Assembly: GCF_964204645.1 (NCBI RefSeq) | Contig: NC_134029.1 | Location: 14,936,950-15,000,949, forward strand | DNA from: Tubulanus polymorphus | Lineage: Eukaryota > Animalia > Nemertea | DNA: 64,000 nt | Direction of reading: 5' to 3' | Shown here: positions 23,480-32,658 of the stretch, piece by piece | Position numbering within the stretch: position 1 is the first letter of the stretch | Layout: every line of letters starts with the position of its first letter | Made by a program: the position numbers and the translations under genes | The notes under the pieces: generated by a model | The model's input: only the letters and a program-made list of their open reading frames with translations | Told to the model about the DNA's origin: nothing | Database searches by the model: none

Positions 23480-24868
23480 ATGGTAGATAGTTTTCCAAAA
23501 GCTTTCCAATATAATAAATCAATTAAATATAATATTCCAACAATAGATTTTAATAAAGATATTACATATAGAAATGAAGTTTTAGATTCATTAACTAATT
23601 TAGAAATTCATGTTACTGAAACTAATAATTTTAATGCAAAGATGGAAAATATATTTCATGTATATTTGATTAATTTTAAAAAATTGAAAGATGAAAAACA
23701 ATGGTTATTAAAATCTAATATGAAGTATTGGCAGAATCAATTAAATTTTGCTGTTTATTGTGCAACAACAGGTTGTGGAATTAGTTGGAATGATCATTAG
23801 AATAATTCTAAATATAAATTAATTCAAAGTTTATTTAGATTTCATACATACTTTCAAATCAGAATAATATTAAATGAATTAGAGTGCGCTTTACCAGGAT
23901 CTAGGTATTTCAAAGAATTGGATAATAATATTAATTTATCAAAGTTTTATAAAATTTGTAATGAATTTAATATAGATATAAAAAGTTCTGATTTTAGAAC
24001 AAAAATTGGAACAATAAGATCACTTCCTTGCCCTAGAAAGATTGCAGAATATTGTGCACTTCCCATACCATCTAATAGTTTTTATAATATCTATAATAAT
24101 AAATTAGGTTATGGTAAAATAGAAACAAAAGATTTAGAAACATTAAATTTCAATAAATTACCAAAATTTTATGATCATTTAAAACAAGAAAACAATAATG
24201 GTTGGGTATATTTTATTTTAGAGAATAGTGAAGGTTTTACTAAATCAGGTATAGAAAGAATAAATCAATCTATTAGAACTTATTTAATTTGTATTCTAGG
24301 ATCACAAGTTGAAACAAGATCACCGATAATTGGAAATTTGAATACATCATTTGATACACAAAAACAATTTAAAGTTTTATTTGAAGATTCAATTCATAAT
24401 GATAAAAATAGATCGATTCCAGAAAACATTATAAGATATCAAAATTATTTAGATAAATCTCATGTAAGACTTAATTATTGTATAGGCCCTAATCTATTAA
24501 TTATTTCTAATGATTTAGTATTAAAGATGGGAAATATAATTGGTTATAATAATCTAATTAAAACTGCAACAATAAATAATTCATTTGGATTAAATGATAT
24601 AAATAAAAAGATTATTACTGCTCCAAAATTAATGGAAGGTGAAAAAAATAAAAAACATATTCAATCAACTGAAACTAAAACTAAGAATATTAAATTAAAT
24701 AATGATTCTAAAATAAAAGATTACAATACATCAGAAGATATAAAAACTGATAAAATTCAACATGATATAATTAAACTAAATGATGATAATAAATCCCATG
24801 AAAATACTAAATTAGCTATAACTTGTATAGGAATTGTAATCGGAGGAATATTATATTTTAAATTCTAA
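23480..24868 (+). pseudogene. Single ~462-codon gene with a C-terminal TM anchor, interrupted by one in-frame TAG (23798-23800)
   Basis: ORFs 23480-23800 and 23918-24868 share a frame and the sequence between them is open (NNSKYKLIQSLFRFHTYFQIRIILNELECALPG); only 23480 has a TAAATG start. Confidence 0.75.
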
Positions 24869-24885
24869 TTTTTTTTATTATGTAA

Positions 24886-26325
24886 ATGGATGTAGAAGGT
24901 GGAGAAGATTATGAAATGGAAGGCATGGGAAATAATAATGAAGGATATATTGATGATGAACCACAACCCGATTTTAATGAAACTAATATTGATAATGATG
25001 ATGAATCAGCATATAATTCTAATTTAACTACACCTCAATATATTGATAAAACACGTTCAAAGATAAGTATTGAAAATGAAGTACCAGAAATAACAGAAAA
25101 AGAATACAATTATAATGAAATTATTCATGAATTTAAACCAATATTAAAAAGATCTGGTTTCAATATAACAAATAAAGGTATGAATTATTTAGTAAAAGAT
25201 TTAAAATATTTAAATGGTGATTATAATTGGAAATTGAAAGGCGACTATTATTTTAAGATTTCAAATCTTAAAAGTAACGATAAAATAATAACACAATCAA
25301 CTTTTAATTTATTTAAACCAGATAGAATTAAGAAAATCATTGATGATGTTATAACTGATGTTACACAAGAAGAAAGAGATTATAATATAAAAGAATTTAA
25401 ACAAAGAAATGCTAAATTTTTTGAGATAATTAATGAAAATTTAAGACAAAAAAAAATTCCTAAAGAAGTTATTAATTCCAAAACTAGTAAACCTAATTCA
25501 AGCGAAGTTCAAACTGAAAAACTTTTACCAAATGGATTACTTGATGCAACAGATCAACAATTAGAAGATTTAAATATATTTTCTGATGAAGCAATTAGAG
25601 AAATTATTAGTATAAGAAATGAAGCTGATAAAATTGTACATAATAAAAGTATAAGAGATCAAAAAATTAGAACTTTAGAAAAAGAATTAACTGATAAATA
25701 TAAAGAAATAGAACAATTAAAGTCTGATTTAGATCATCAAGCAATTGATGAAATAGAATATAGGCAAAAAGAATTACGTTTAGAAAAAGAAAAAGATTAT
25801 TTAGAATATAACATAGAATTACAAAAAGAAGAAATTAAATCATTATTAAAATCATATGAATATAATATTGATAGATTAAAAGTTATTTTTAAAGATTTGT
25901 TGATTAAACCAAATTCTGAAATATCATTAAAAGACAGAATAAAGTTATTATTTAAATTAGAAGGAATAACAATTCTTTCAATTCTAACAGCTGTAACTAT
26001 GTTATTTACAACAATTGGTTTAGCAATATCAAATGCTTTGAAATCTACTCCTACTCCAAATAAACCAGATAAACCTCCAGGCAATAATTCTATACAAGAT
26101 AAAGTTAAAGATGGTTTAAAAAAATTAGCAAAATATTTATGGGAACTATCAAAGAAATCTGCTGCAGCATTGCCAGGAGTTATTGCTTCAATTGTTGGTT
26201 TTATATTGAAATCTGCTGGGAATATTCTTAACTTTGCTGCTGAACATATTATTTTATTTTTAATTACAGTTGTAAGTGCTATTATTTTTGGGTTAGTGAA
26301 TATGATATCAAAAAATATCAAGTAA
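24886..26325 (+). CDS. Coiled-coil protein with acidic N-terminus and C-terminal multi-pass hydrophobic region (479 aa)
   Basis: Long heptad-like region, then ITILSILTAVTMLFTTIGLAI, Pro-rich linker, ALPGVIASIVGFIL and IILFLITVVSAIIFGLV. Confidence 0.8.
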   Translation: MDVEGGEDYEMEGMGNNNEGYIDDEPQPDFNETNIDNDDESAYNSNLTTPQYIDKTRSKISIENEVPEITEKEYNYNEIIHEFKPILKRSGFNITNKGMNYLVKDLKYLNGDYNWKLKGDYYFKISNLKSNDKIITQSTFNLFKPDRIKKIIDDVITDVTQEERDYNIKEFKQRNAKFFEIINENLRQKKIPKEVINSKTSKPNSSEVQTEKLLPNGLLDATDQQLEDLNIFSDEAIREIISIRNEADKIVHNKSIRDQKIRTLEKELTDKYKEIEQLKSDLDHQAIDEIEYRQKELRLEKEKDYLEYNIELQKEEIKSLLKSYEYNIDRLKVIFKDLLIKPNSEISLKDRIKLLFKLEGITILSILTAVTMLFTTIGLAISNALKSTPTPNKPDKPPGNNSIQDKVKDGLKKLAKYLWELSKKSAAALPGVIASIVGFILKSAGNILNFAAEHIILFLITVVSAIIFGLVNMISKNIK

Positions 26326-26376
26326 ACCATGATATCAAAAAATATCAAGTAAACCATGATATCAAAAAATAAATAA
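26302..26376 (+). repeat. 27-bp tandem duplication (~2.6 copies) across a stop codon
   Basis: ATGATATCAAAAAATATCAAGTAAACC repeated. Confidence 0.9.
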
Positions 26377-26396
26377 TTAATTTTTTTGTTAAATAA

Positions 26397-27644
26397 ATGA
26401 GTGGGAGTTATATAAGTCCTTCGAAGAATCATAGAATATCTAATGCTATTAAAGCAGAAAGATCACATCATATAATTACTCATAACCCTTCAAATATTAA
26501 TCCCGATGAAACTTTATACGTTAGAATCCCTCGATTAACACAAAATACTTTTTATGTTCCAAATAGTATTTATTTATCAGCCGATATAAAAGTAACTGGC
26601 CATGATAACAATTATGTTGTTGATAATGTTGGAAGATATTTGATTAAAAAATTAACTATAAAGATTGGTCCGGAAACAGTTTTCTCATTAGATGATTATA
26701 ATTTATTTATGCATTATAAAGATTTATGGTTAACTAAAGAAAATAGAAATAATATGATATTTCAAGGCATCCAATCGGAAAACCATAATAAATTAAGATC
26801 TGAAGCCAATAATGCAGTAGTAACTCGTGCCACAGATAATTTGATTAAAAAGATTTATGGAAGCAAATATAAAATTCCATTAGACTTTGAATTGATAAAT
26901 AATAATGCACCTTTATATAAATACGCAATTCAAGAAGATATTATATTTGAGATAACATTTGCTCCTGTAAATGAAATTGTATTATCTAGCGTTGTTAAAG
27001 ATATGGGTTATAAATTATCGAATATATGTTTAGAATATAACACAGTAACTAATGAAAATATTGCTAGCACAATTCAAACTCAATACAATCAAGGATTTTC
27101 ATTATTATATGATTATATTGATAAATTTAAAACTGTAACTATTAATGCAAATGATGAAATAATTAATGAGAATATTAACTTTCCTAGAAGATCTATTAAA
27201 GGTATATTAATATTTTTTACTATTGCAACATACTCTAATGGTGCAATAAATGTTGATAATTATTATAATCCTGAAATAACAAAAGTAGAAATAACTATCG
27301 AAGGAATAGCGAATAAAATATTTTGTCAAGGAATGAGAATGATTGATCAATGGCCAGAAATTAGAAAACATTTTATGAATGAAAAAGTAAAATCATCTGA
27401 AAATTGTAATATTAATCAAATTGATTATTATACCGGTAATAAATATGCATTATGGTTAGATTTTAGAACAACAGAGGATAATTTATTACATGGTTCTGGA
27501 AAAAAACTACAGAACACTAAAGATGGAATACAATTATTCATGAAAAAGAATAAAGGAATCAAAAATTTTAAAATGCACATTTATATTATATCTGACGCAC
27601 AATTAAATATTGTAAATTCACAATTAGATAGTATTCAATATTAG
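26397..27644 (+). CDS. Major capsid protein (double jelly-roll), 415 aa
   Basis: Size, beta-rich pattern, position next to integrase, motifs ITHNPS.I.P...LYVRIP.L and YALWLDFRTTEDNLLHGSG typical of invertebrate Polinton MCPs. Confidence 0.75.
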   Translation: MSGSYISPSKNHRISNAIKAERSHHIITHNPSNINPDETLYVRIPRLTQNTFYVPNSIYLSADIKVTGHDNNYVVDNVGRYLIKKLTIKIGPETVFSLDDYNLFMHYKDLWLTKENRNNMIFQGIQSENHNKLRSEANNAVVTRATDNLIKKIYGSKYKIPLDFELINNNAPLYKYAIQEDIIFEITFAPVNEIVLSSVVKDMGYKLSNICLEYNTVTNENIASTIQTQYNQGFSLLYDYIDKFKTVTINANDEIINENINFPRRSIKGILIFFTIATYSNGAINVDNYYNPEITKVEITIEGIANKIFCQGMRMIDQWPEIRKHFMNEKVKSSENCNINQIDYYTGNKYALWLDFRTTEDNLLHGSGKKLQNTKDGIQLFMKKNKGIKNFKMHIYIISDAQLNIVNSQLDSIQY

Positions 27645-27674
27645 AAATATAAAGTTAAAATTAAGGATATATAA

Positions 27675-28802
27675 ATGAGTGGTAAAAAAACTCCTAATAC
27701 TAAAGAACAATATTTAAGAAATTTATATTACAACCCTGAGAGTTCGGTTGCTTATTCTTCTACTAAAAATATATGGCGTAAAGTAAAACAAGATAAATTA
27801 GATAAGATAATCCCACAAAATTTAGTTAAATATAAAGATATAAATGAATTTATGTTAGAACAACCAACATATACAACACATAAAAAAATTGTTAGAAAAT
27901 ATAAAACTCGTAAAACTATGGTAAGTTATGTAGATCAACAGTGGCAAGGAGATTTAATTGATATGAAAAATGTTAAGAAAGATAATGATGATTATTGGTG
28001 GTTATTGAATATAATTGATATTTTTAGTCGTTATGTATGGAGCTTCCCACTTTATAGAAAAGATGCTGCACAAACATCACATGTTTTAAGAAAATTTCTT
28101 TCAGGTGGTAAACTAAAACCAGAAAAAATTCAATTTGATGATGGAAAAGAATTTGATAATTCATTAGTTCATGGACTTTTAGATTTTCATAATATTAAAT
28201 ATTTTTCGACAAAATCGGATAAAAAAGCAGCAGTTGTTGAACGATTTAATAGAACATTGAGAACAAGAATGTCAAAATATTTCACAGCAAATAATACTTA
28301 TAAATGGATTGATGTTTTACCAAAATTGATAGAAGGATATAATAATTCTTATCATTCTTCTATTGGAATGAAACCTATTGATGCTAGAAAACCTGAAAAT
28401 GCTGAAATTGTTTGGAATAATTTATATGGAGCATTTCTTGTTGATGATTTTGGTGAACCTAAATTTAAAGTTGGTCAAAATGTTAGAATTTCTAAGTATA
28501 AAAAGATATTTGACAAAGGATACGATCGAAATTTTACTAGAGAAATATACAAAATAAAAAAGGTAATAACAACAAAACCATATGTCTATAAATTAGAAGA
28601 TTTAGATGGTGAAGAAGTTGATGGCTACTTTTACGAAGAAGAATTAAGTTTAACTACTGAAAATCTAGAACAAGAATATAAAATTGAAAAAGTACTAAAA
28701 ACAAAAACTGTTAAAAGAAAAAAATATTCTTTAGTAAAATGGGTTGGATGGCCAGATAAATTCAATGAATGGATATTATCAAGTAAAATTAAAAATATAT
28801 AA
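27675..28802 (+). CDS. int: Retroviral-like (rve) DDE integrase with C-terminal chromodomain
   Basis: WQGDLIDM, IDIFSRY, QFDDGKEF, VVERFNRTLR; C-terminal YKIEKVL...LVKWVGWPDKFNEWI. Confidence 0.95.
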   Translation: MSGKKTPNTKEQYLRNLYYNPESSVAYSSTKNIWRKVKQDKLDKIIPQNLVKYKDINEFMLEQPTYTTHKKIVRKYKTRKTMVSYVDQQWQGDLIDMKNVKKDNDDYWWLLNIIDIFSRYVWSFPLYRKDAAQTSHVLRKFLSGGKLKPEKIQFDDGKEFDNSLVHGLLDFHNIKYFSTKSDKKAAVVERFNRTLRTRMSKYFTANNTYKWIDVLPKLIEGYNNSYHSSIGMKPIDARKPENAEIVWNNLYGAFLVDDFGEPKFKVGQNVRISKYKKIFDKGYDRNFTREIYKIKKVITTKPYVYKLEDLDGEEVDGYFYEEELSLTTENLEQEYKIEKVLKTKTVKRKKYSLVKWVGWPDKFNEWILSSKIKNI

Positions 28803-29411
28803 ATGAATAAGGAATTATTTATATTTGAGCCCCATAATATGTTAATTTCTGGTGTAACAAATTGTGGAAAAACTTATTTTATATTAAATTTATTAGAAAC
28901 TGTTTATGAAAACTATTTTGATAATATAGTATTATTTTGTCCAACATATGAATTTAATCAAACTTATGATAGAAATATTACTAGAAATAATAAATTTATT
29001 ATATTAGATCCTAAAACAGTAAAAGAAAATTTAGATAATTGTATAAAAATAGCAATTGATATTTATAAAGGATCTAATACATTATTTATTATTGATGATT
29101 GCGCAAATTTACATGATTCTAAAATTAGAGAAAGTGAGTTATGCTATTTAGCTTTCTCTGGGAGACATTTTGGGATAACAACTTGGGTTTTAAATCAAAA
29201 ATATAATTCAATTGTTAAAGACTTTAGAGAAAACATTAGATTTCTAGTTTTATTCTACAATAAAGATAGAAAATCGATGAAAAATGCACTTGAGGAAAAT
29301 GATATTATTCCACATGATTTACATAATGAATATATGGATAAGTTGAAAAATATTAAAAGATCAAAATTACTATTTAGATTACAACACCCATTTAAATATG
29401 AATTTATTTAA
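28803..29411 (+). CDS. A32/FtsK-like DNA packaging ATPase
   Basis: Walker A GVTNCGKT, Walker B LFIIDD, GRH...LNQ motif. Confidence 0.92.
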   Translation: MNKELFIFEPHNMLISGVTNCGKTYFILNLLETVYENYFDNIVLFCPTYEFNQTYDRNITRNNKFIILDPKTVKENLDNCIKIAIDIYKGSNTLFIIDDCANLHDSKIRESELCYLAFSGRHFGITTWVLNQKYNSIVKDFRENIRFLVLFYNKDRKSMKNALEENDIIPHDLHNEYMDKLKNIKRSKLLFRLQHPFKYEFI

Positions 29412-29690
29412 ATTCAACTAGCTTGTTAATCTAATTGAATTCTAGTTGAATTCTAGTTATTGGTAGTTGTAACAAAAATCAACTAGATTTAACAATATTT
29501 TAACTAGCTTGTCAATCTAGTCTAATTCTAGTTACATTCTAATTGAATTCTAGTTGTTAGTAGTTGAAACAAAAATCAACTAGATTTAACAAGAAATAAA
29601 CAAAAAACAACAATATTTCAACTAGCTTGTTAATCAATTTGAATTCTAGTTACATTCTAGTTACATTCTAGTTAAATTCTAGTTGCAACA
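29412..29690. repeat. Intergenic array of short direct and inverted CTAG-core repeats (AACTAG / TTCTAGTT)
   Basis: More than a dozen CTAG cores as caactag and ttctagtt in ~280 bp. Confidence 0.8.
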
Positions 29691-29718
29691 TCACACAATT
29701 AATTTTTTTGTTATATAA

Positions 29719-30324
29719 ATGGGAGGTGAAAAGAAAATAAAATCTAAAAATGGTGATGTTCCAATTGAAAAAACTTTAGATGATTTAGGAATAACAGAAA
29801 CAAAATTAACTCCAGATGATGGTGCTTTAAATATTGTTACAACAAATAATAATTATGAATATTATCTTTATTGTAAACATCAATTAGAAATATTAATAGC
29901 ATCTGGAAAATGTAAAAATTTTGTCGGTAAAAATTTAACTTATAATGAATTAGATACAATGAAATCAGTTGAAATTATTAGATTATTTAAGATTTATGAA
30001 GCCGCGAGAACAGCTAAAATCAATGACGCGATATCAGAAAATGTAGTAAAAGGTTATAGTAAATTATGTAATTATATACTACCAATTGAAGATGAAAATA
30101 GATTATATTCCGATTTAAAAAATGATTATTTAGTTATGACTGAATTAAATAAGTGGATTGGATATTTATCATTTCAATTAGGTGGATTTATGACATTATT
30201 ATCAACCGGGGTTATAACATTTTCAAATATTGAAAGTAAAAATATTTCTATAATAAATGAGCGAAGTGAAAGAAGTGAAGGAATTAACTGTGAAGAAAAA
30301 ACCGAGAACTCAGAAACAAATTAA
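29719..30324 (+). CDS. Conserved hypothetical Polinton protein (201 aa)
   Basis: TAAATG start; decayed homolog at 33406-33940; hydrophobic C-terminal segment. Confidence 0.8.
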   Translation: MGGEKKIKSKNGDVPIEKTLDDLGITETKLTPDDGALNIVTTNNNYEYYLYCKHQLEILIASGKCKNFVGKNLTYNELDTMKSVEIIRLFKIYEAARTAKINDAISENVVKGYSKLCNYILPIEDENRLYSDLKNDYLVMTELNKWIGYLSFQLGGFMTLLSTGVITFSNIESKNISIINERSERSEGINCEEKTENSETN

Positions 30325-30625
30325 ATGGTCTCGACAATTAGGAATTAAATCACAAGAATATAAAAAAGCTGTAAAAGAAAAAATAAGTAATAAAAATGTT
30401 AATAAAAATGGTGAAAATATTGTTATTTCTACTCCTTCTGATAGTAGAATATTTGATAAATATCTATATTTTACAGTTGGATTTGTAATTGTATTCATTT
30501 TGGTTGGGTGTAATTGGTATAAGAAATCAAATAAAATTCATGATAGTAATAATTCTGAAACAACTGCTATCAAAAATGAAAATACTTCTGAAATTCCAAA
30601 ATTGATAATAAAAAAAATGGATTAA
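30257..30625 (+). CDS. Basic single-TM protein (122 aa)
   Basis: KKPRTQKQIKWSRQLG, TM YLYFTVGFVIVFILVGC; decayed homolog near 33925-34260. Confidence 0.75.
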   Translation: MSEVKEVKELTVKKKPRTQKQIKWSRQLGIKSQEYKKAVKEKISNKNVNKNGENIVISTPSDSRIFDKYLYFTVGFVIVFILVGCNWYKKSNKIHDSNNSETTAIKNENTSEIPKLIIKKMD

Positions 30626-30669
30626 TATTTTAGAAAAAAGCAAAAAAATAATTTTTTTTAATTAATTGA

Positions 30670-30742
30670 ATATCTCACTACTTTTGTCTATCTATGTGGA
30701 GCAATTAAATTGTCCAGATAAGTCATTTCGGATTCTAGATAT
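30670..30742 (+). other. Conserved, putatively structured non-coding element of the Polinton
   Basis: Reverse-complement homolog at 33080-33154 in the second Polinton; nested stems retained. Confidence 0.65.
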
Positions 30743-30775
30743 TCATTATTTCTATTAATTTATTTTTTTAAAAAT

Positions 30776-31102
30776 TTAATTAACAATTTCTAAATCATGA
30801 TGACCGTCTTCATTTTTCCCATGATATATTATTTTAAATCCTACTAAATCTTTCAATTCCTCCGTACTCAATGAAACCCATTTATCGGGTAAAAACACTT
30901 TAAATTCTCGCGATGTACTAACATTACAGTAGCTTAAATTAGCTGATACTTTCTCTCCATATTTAGTTTTTATCTTTTCTAATTTCAATATTTTATGTTC
31001 AATTTCTTTTGTAACATCAACTAACTTTTTTATTTCAAATTGTTTTTTTGCTGGTTTTATTCTGTTATTTATTGTTGCTAAGAATGCTTTTCTATCTCCC
31101 AT
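30776..31102 (-). CDS. Small basic beta-rich protein (108 aa; TKYG...VFLP), possibly nucleic-acid binding
   Basis: ATG lies inside the right TIR behind the TAAATG motif; function is a guess. Confidence 0.65.
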   Translation of the reverse strand: MGDRKAFLATINNRIKPAKKQFEIKKLVDVTKEIEHKILKLEKIKTKYGEKVSANLSYCNVSTSREFKVFLPDKWVSLSTEELKDLVGFKIIYHGKNEDGHHDLEIVN

Positions 31103-31218
31103 TTATTAGGAAAAAAAATTACTTGTGGTGATGAGTGTTAGGAAAAAAATTACTTGTGGTGATGAGTGGTGTCTCGTCCTCTCGTCCTCTGGTATGAAAA
31201 CGCCATCTTCTAATTACT
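31098..31218 (-). repeat. Right terminal inverted repeat
   Basis: Exact reverse complement of 14650-14770, followed by TSD GGGATG. Confidence 0.97.
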
Positions 31219-31224
31219 GGGATG

Positions 31225-32652
31225 CACAAGTCAAAAGGCCAGGTTTTGTAGAGTAGGTATTGACCGTAGTTGAACCAGCTACAAATTTAGGACTAGATGA
31301 CTTTTGATGCAGGCAATAACATGATGAACTACTTCGTTGACTGCCTTCGGTCGGTAATGGATCCCTCTGTAGTCATGGTCTGGAAGATCTGGATGTTCAT
31401 GGTGCTGAACCCAGCTTTCTCGAAGTGAAGATTGATATGATCAATCGGGATGACCATCTCACACTTGCCTCATACACGAGGCCTTTGGAACGCGAAGGTG
31501 GAAAATCGGGACAAGGGGATACTTCTGCCGTATCGTGTTTGCCAAGGAATATAGCTCCTTGACAGTGTAACCGAATTCACGCACGTTATTAACCCCGTGG
31601 TTAATTACGACAGCTGAGCAACTGACGCTCATCAGTCATATCGTCCGACTAACGTCTTCAACCCATTCTCCTGAGTGAGCGATTACATACAAGTCATCGC
31701 TGCACTTGACTCTTTTGAACATGGAGTCGCTCAACAGGAGAATTGGACGACGCAGACCTCCAACTTGAAGCTGCCGTTTATGCTTCTCCAGCTTGTCTTC
31801 GAGGCGTAAACTCGTACACCCATGCTGTGATAGCAAACAGCTGAGTTCTGTCCGCAGCCGATTAAACCATCCCAACGACATTGATGGCCGTGAACGCTTG
31901 GCTGATGTCAGGAAAGCCTTACACCAGCGACTATTGAACCCGCAACCATGTCCCCTGGCTGGTACAAGCGGCGCTCACAAGCACTTACCGGAGCGCCAGA
32001 GTCCATGCAGGCTCAGTCCTCTTTGTGTAGCTTTGTATGTATCTCCGCACATCATGCACAGCAGCTTTCTTCAGATCTCGGGTTTCCTCGTATCCAACTG
32101 GAGCACATCAGAAATTTGGTAGGCAAAAACAGAAGAAAAGAGAGAAAAACGTTAAGTTGGCTGGAGGGCAGAGAGTTTAACGGGTGAGGTGTTCTCTATC
32201 TCGCAGCAATTTTCAAGCTTTCTTCATCCACAGGTCTTTCTTCTCCTGGATCCTGGACCATCGCTGACTGCAGGTGGTAAAGTCACCATAAACAGCTGTA
32301 CTCTTTACCGGTATTCTCCACAGGCTGATCTGCTGGGGGATCGACTTTTGCCTCTGCTTCGTTTGGTGCAGCGCCATCTGTTGGTACTGCCACAATGCGG
32401 TCGTTTGGGCGCCTCCAGACAATCTCCTCATCATCACTCCCTAAAGTGCTCGAACTTTCACTCCCAGGGGCTAGTTGGGGCTATACTGTCCTCTTTCTGG
32501 TTCTGGCAGGGATCCAGTCTGACCCGATGCGTCACCTCAGACAGCTTCTCGATAACAATGAAGGGGCCCTGCAACTTCTTATGAAATTTTGCAGCCTCCC
32601 CTGGCTTAATGGCCACTCTGTGGCTAGTTTGTGAGGTAAATGTAAGTACCAT
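31225..32652 (-). mobile_element. Decayed Gypsy-like internal region: integrase C-terminal GPF motif and a downstream SGNH/GDSL-like domain
   Basis: KKLQGPFIVIEKLSEVTHRV (32458-32652); LLLSDSMFK...HSG...*...VVINHGVNN (~31580-31750); higher GC than the Polinton. Confidence 0.6.
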
Positions 32653-32658
32653 TTTTGT

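Larger units (their letters stand above)
14650..31218. mobile_element. Complete Polinton/Maverick (polintovirus/adintovirus-like endogenous virus), 16,569 bp
   Basis: Perfect 121-bp TIRs starting AGT and ending ACT; 6-bp TSD GGGATG (14644-14649, 31219-31224); pPolB, integrase, ATPase, MCP and mCP genes; strongly AT-rich and intronless compared with flanks. Confidence 0.97.

Noticed and set aside
23798-23800. Programmed read-through or alternative genetic code at the in-frame TAG
   Set aside because: Other genes of the element end normally in TAG/TAA and there are other lesions; a simple nonsense mutation or error is more parsimonious.
25797-26432. 211-aa antisense ORF
   Set aside because: Shadow of the 479-aa gene plus the 27-bp tandem repeat; lacks the TAAATG start.
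14650-31218. Bacterial prophage or contaminating contig
   Set aside because: TSD-flanked insertion within animal repeats, Polinton gene set with chromodomain integrase, no Shine-Dalgarno pattern.
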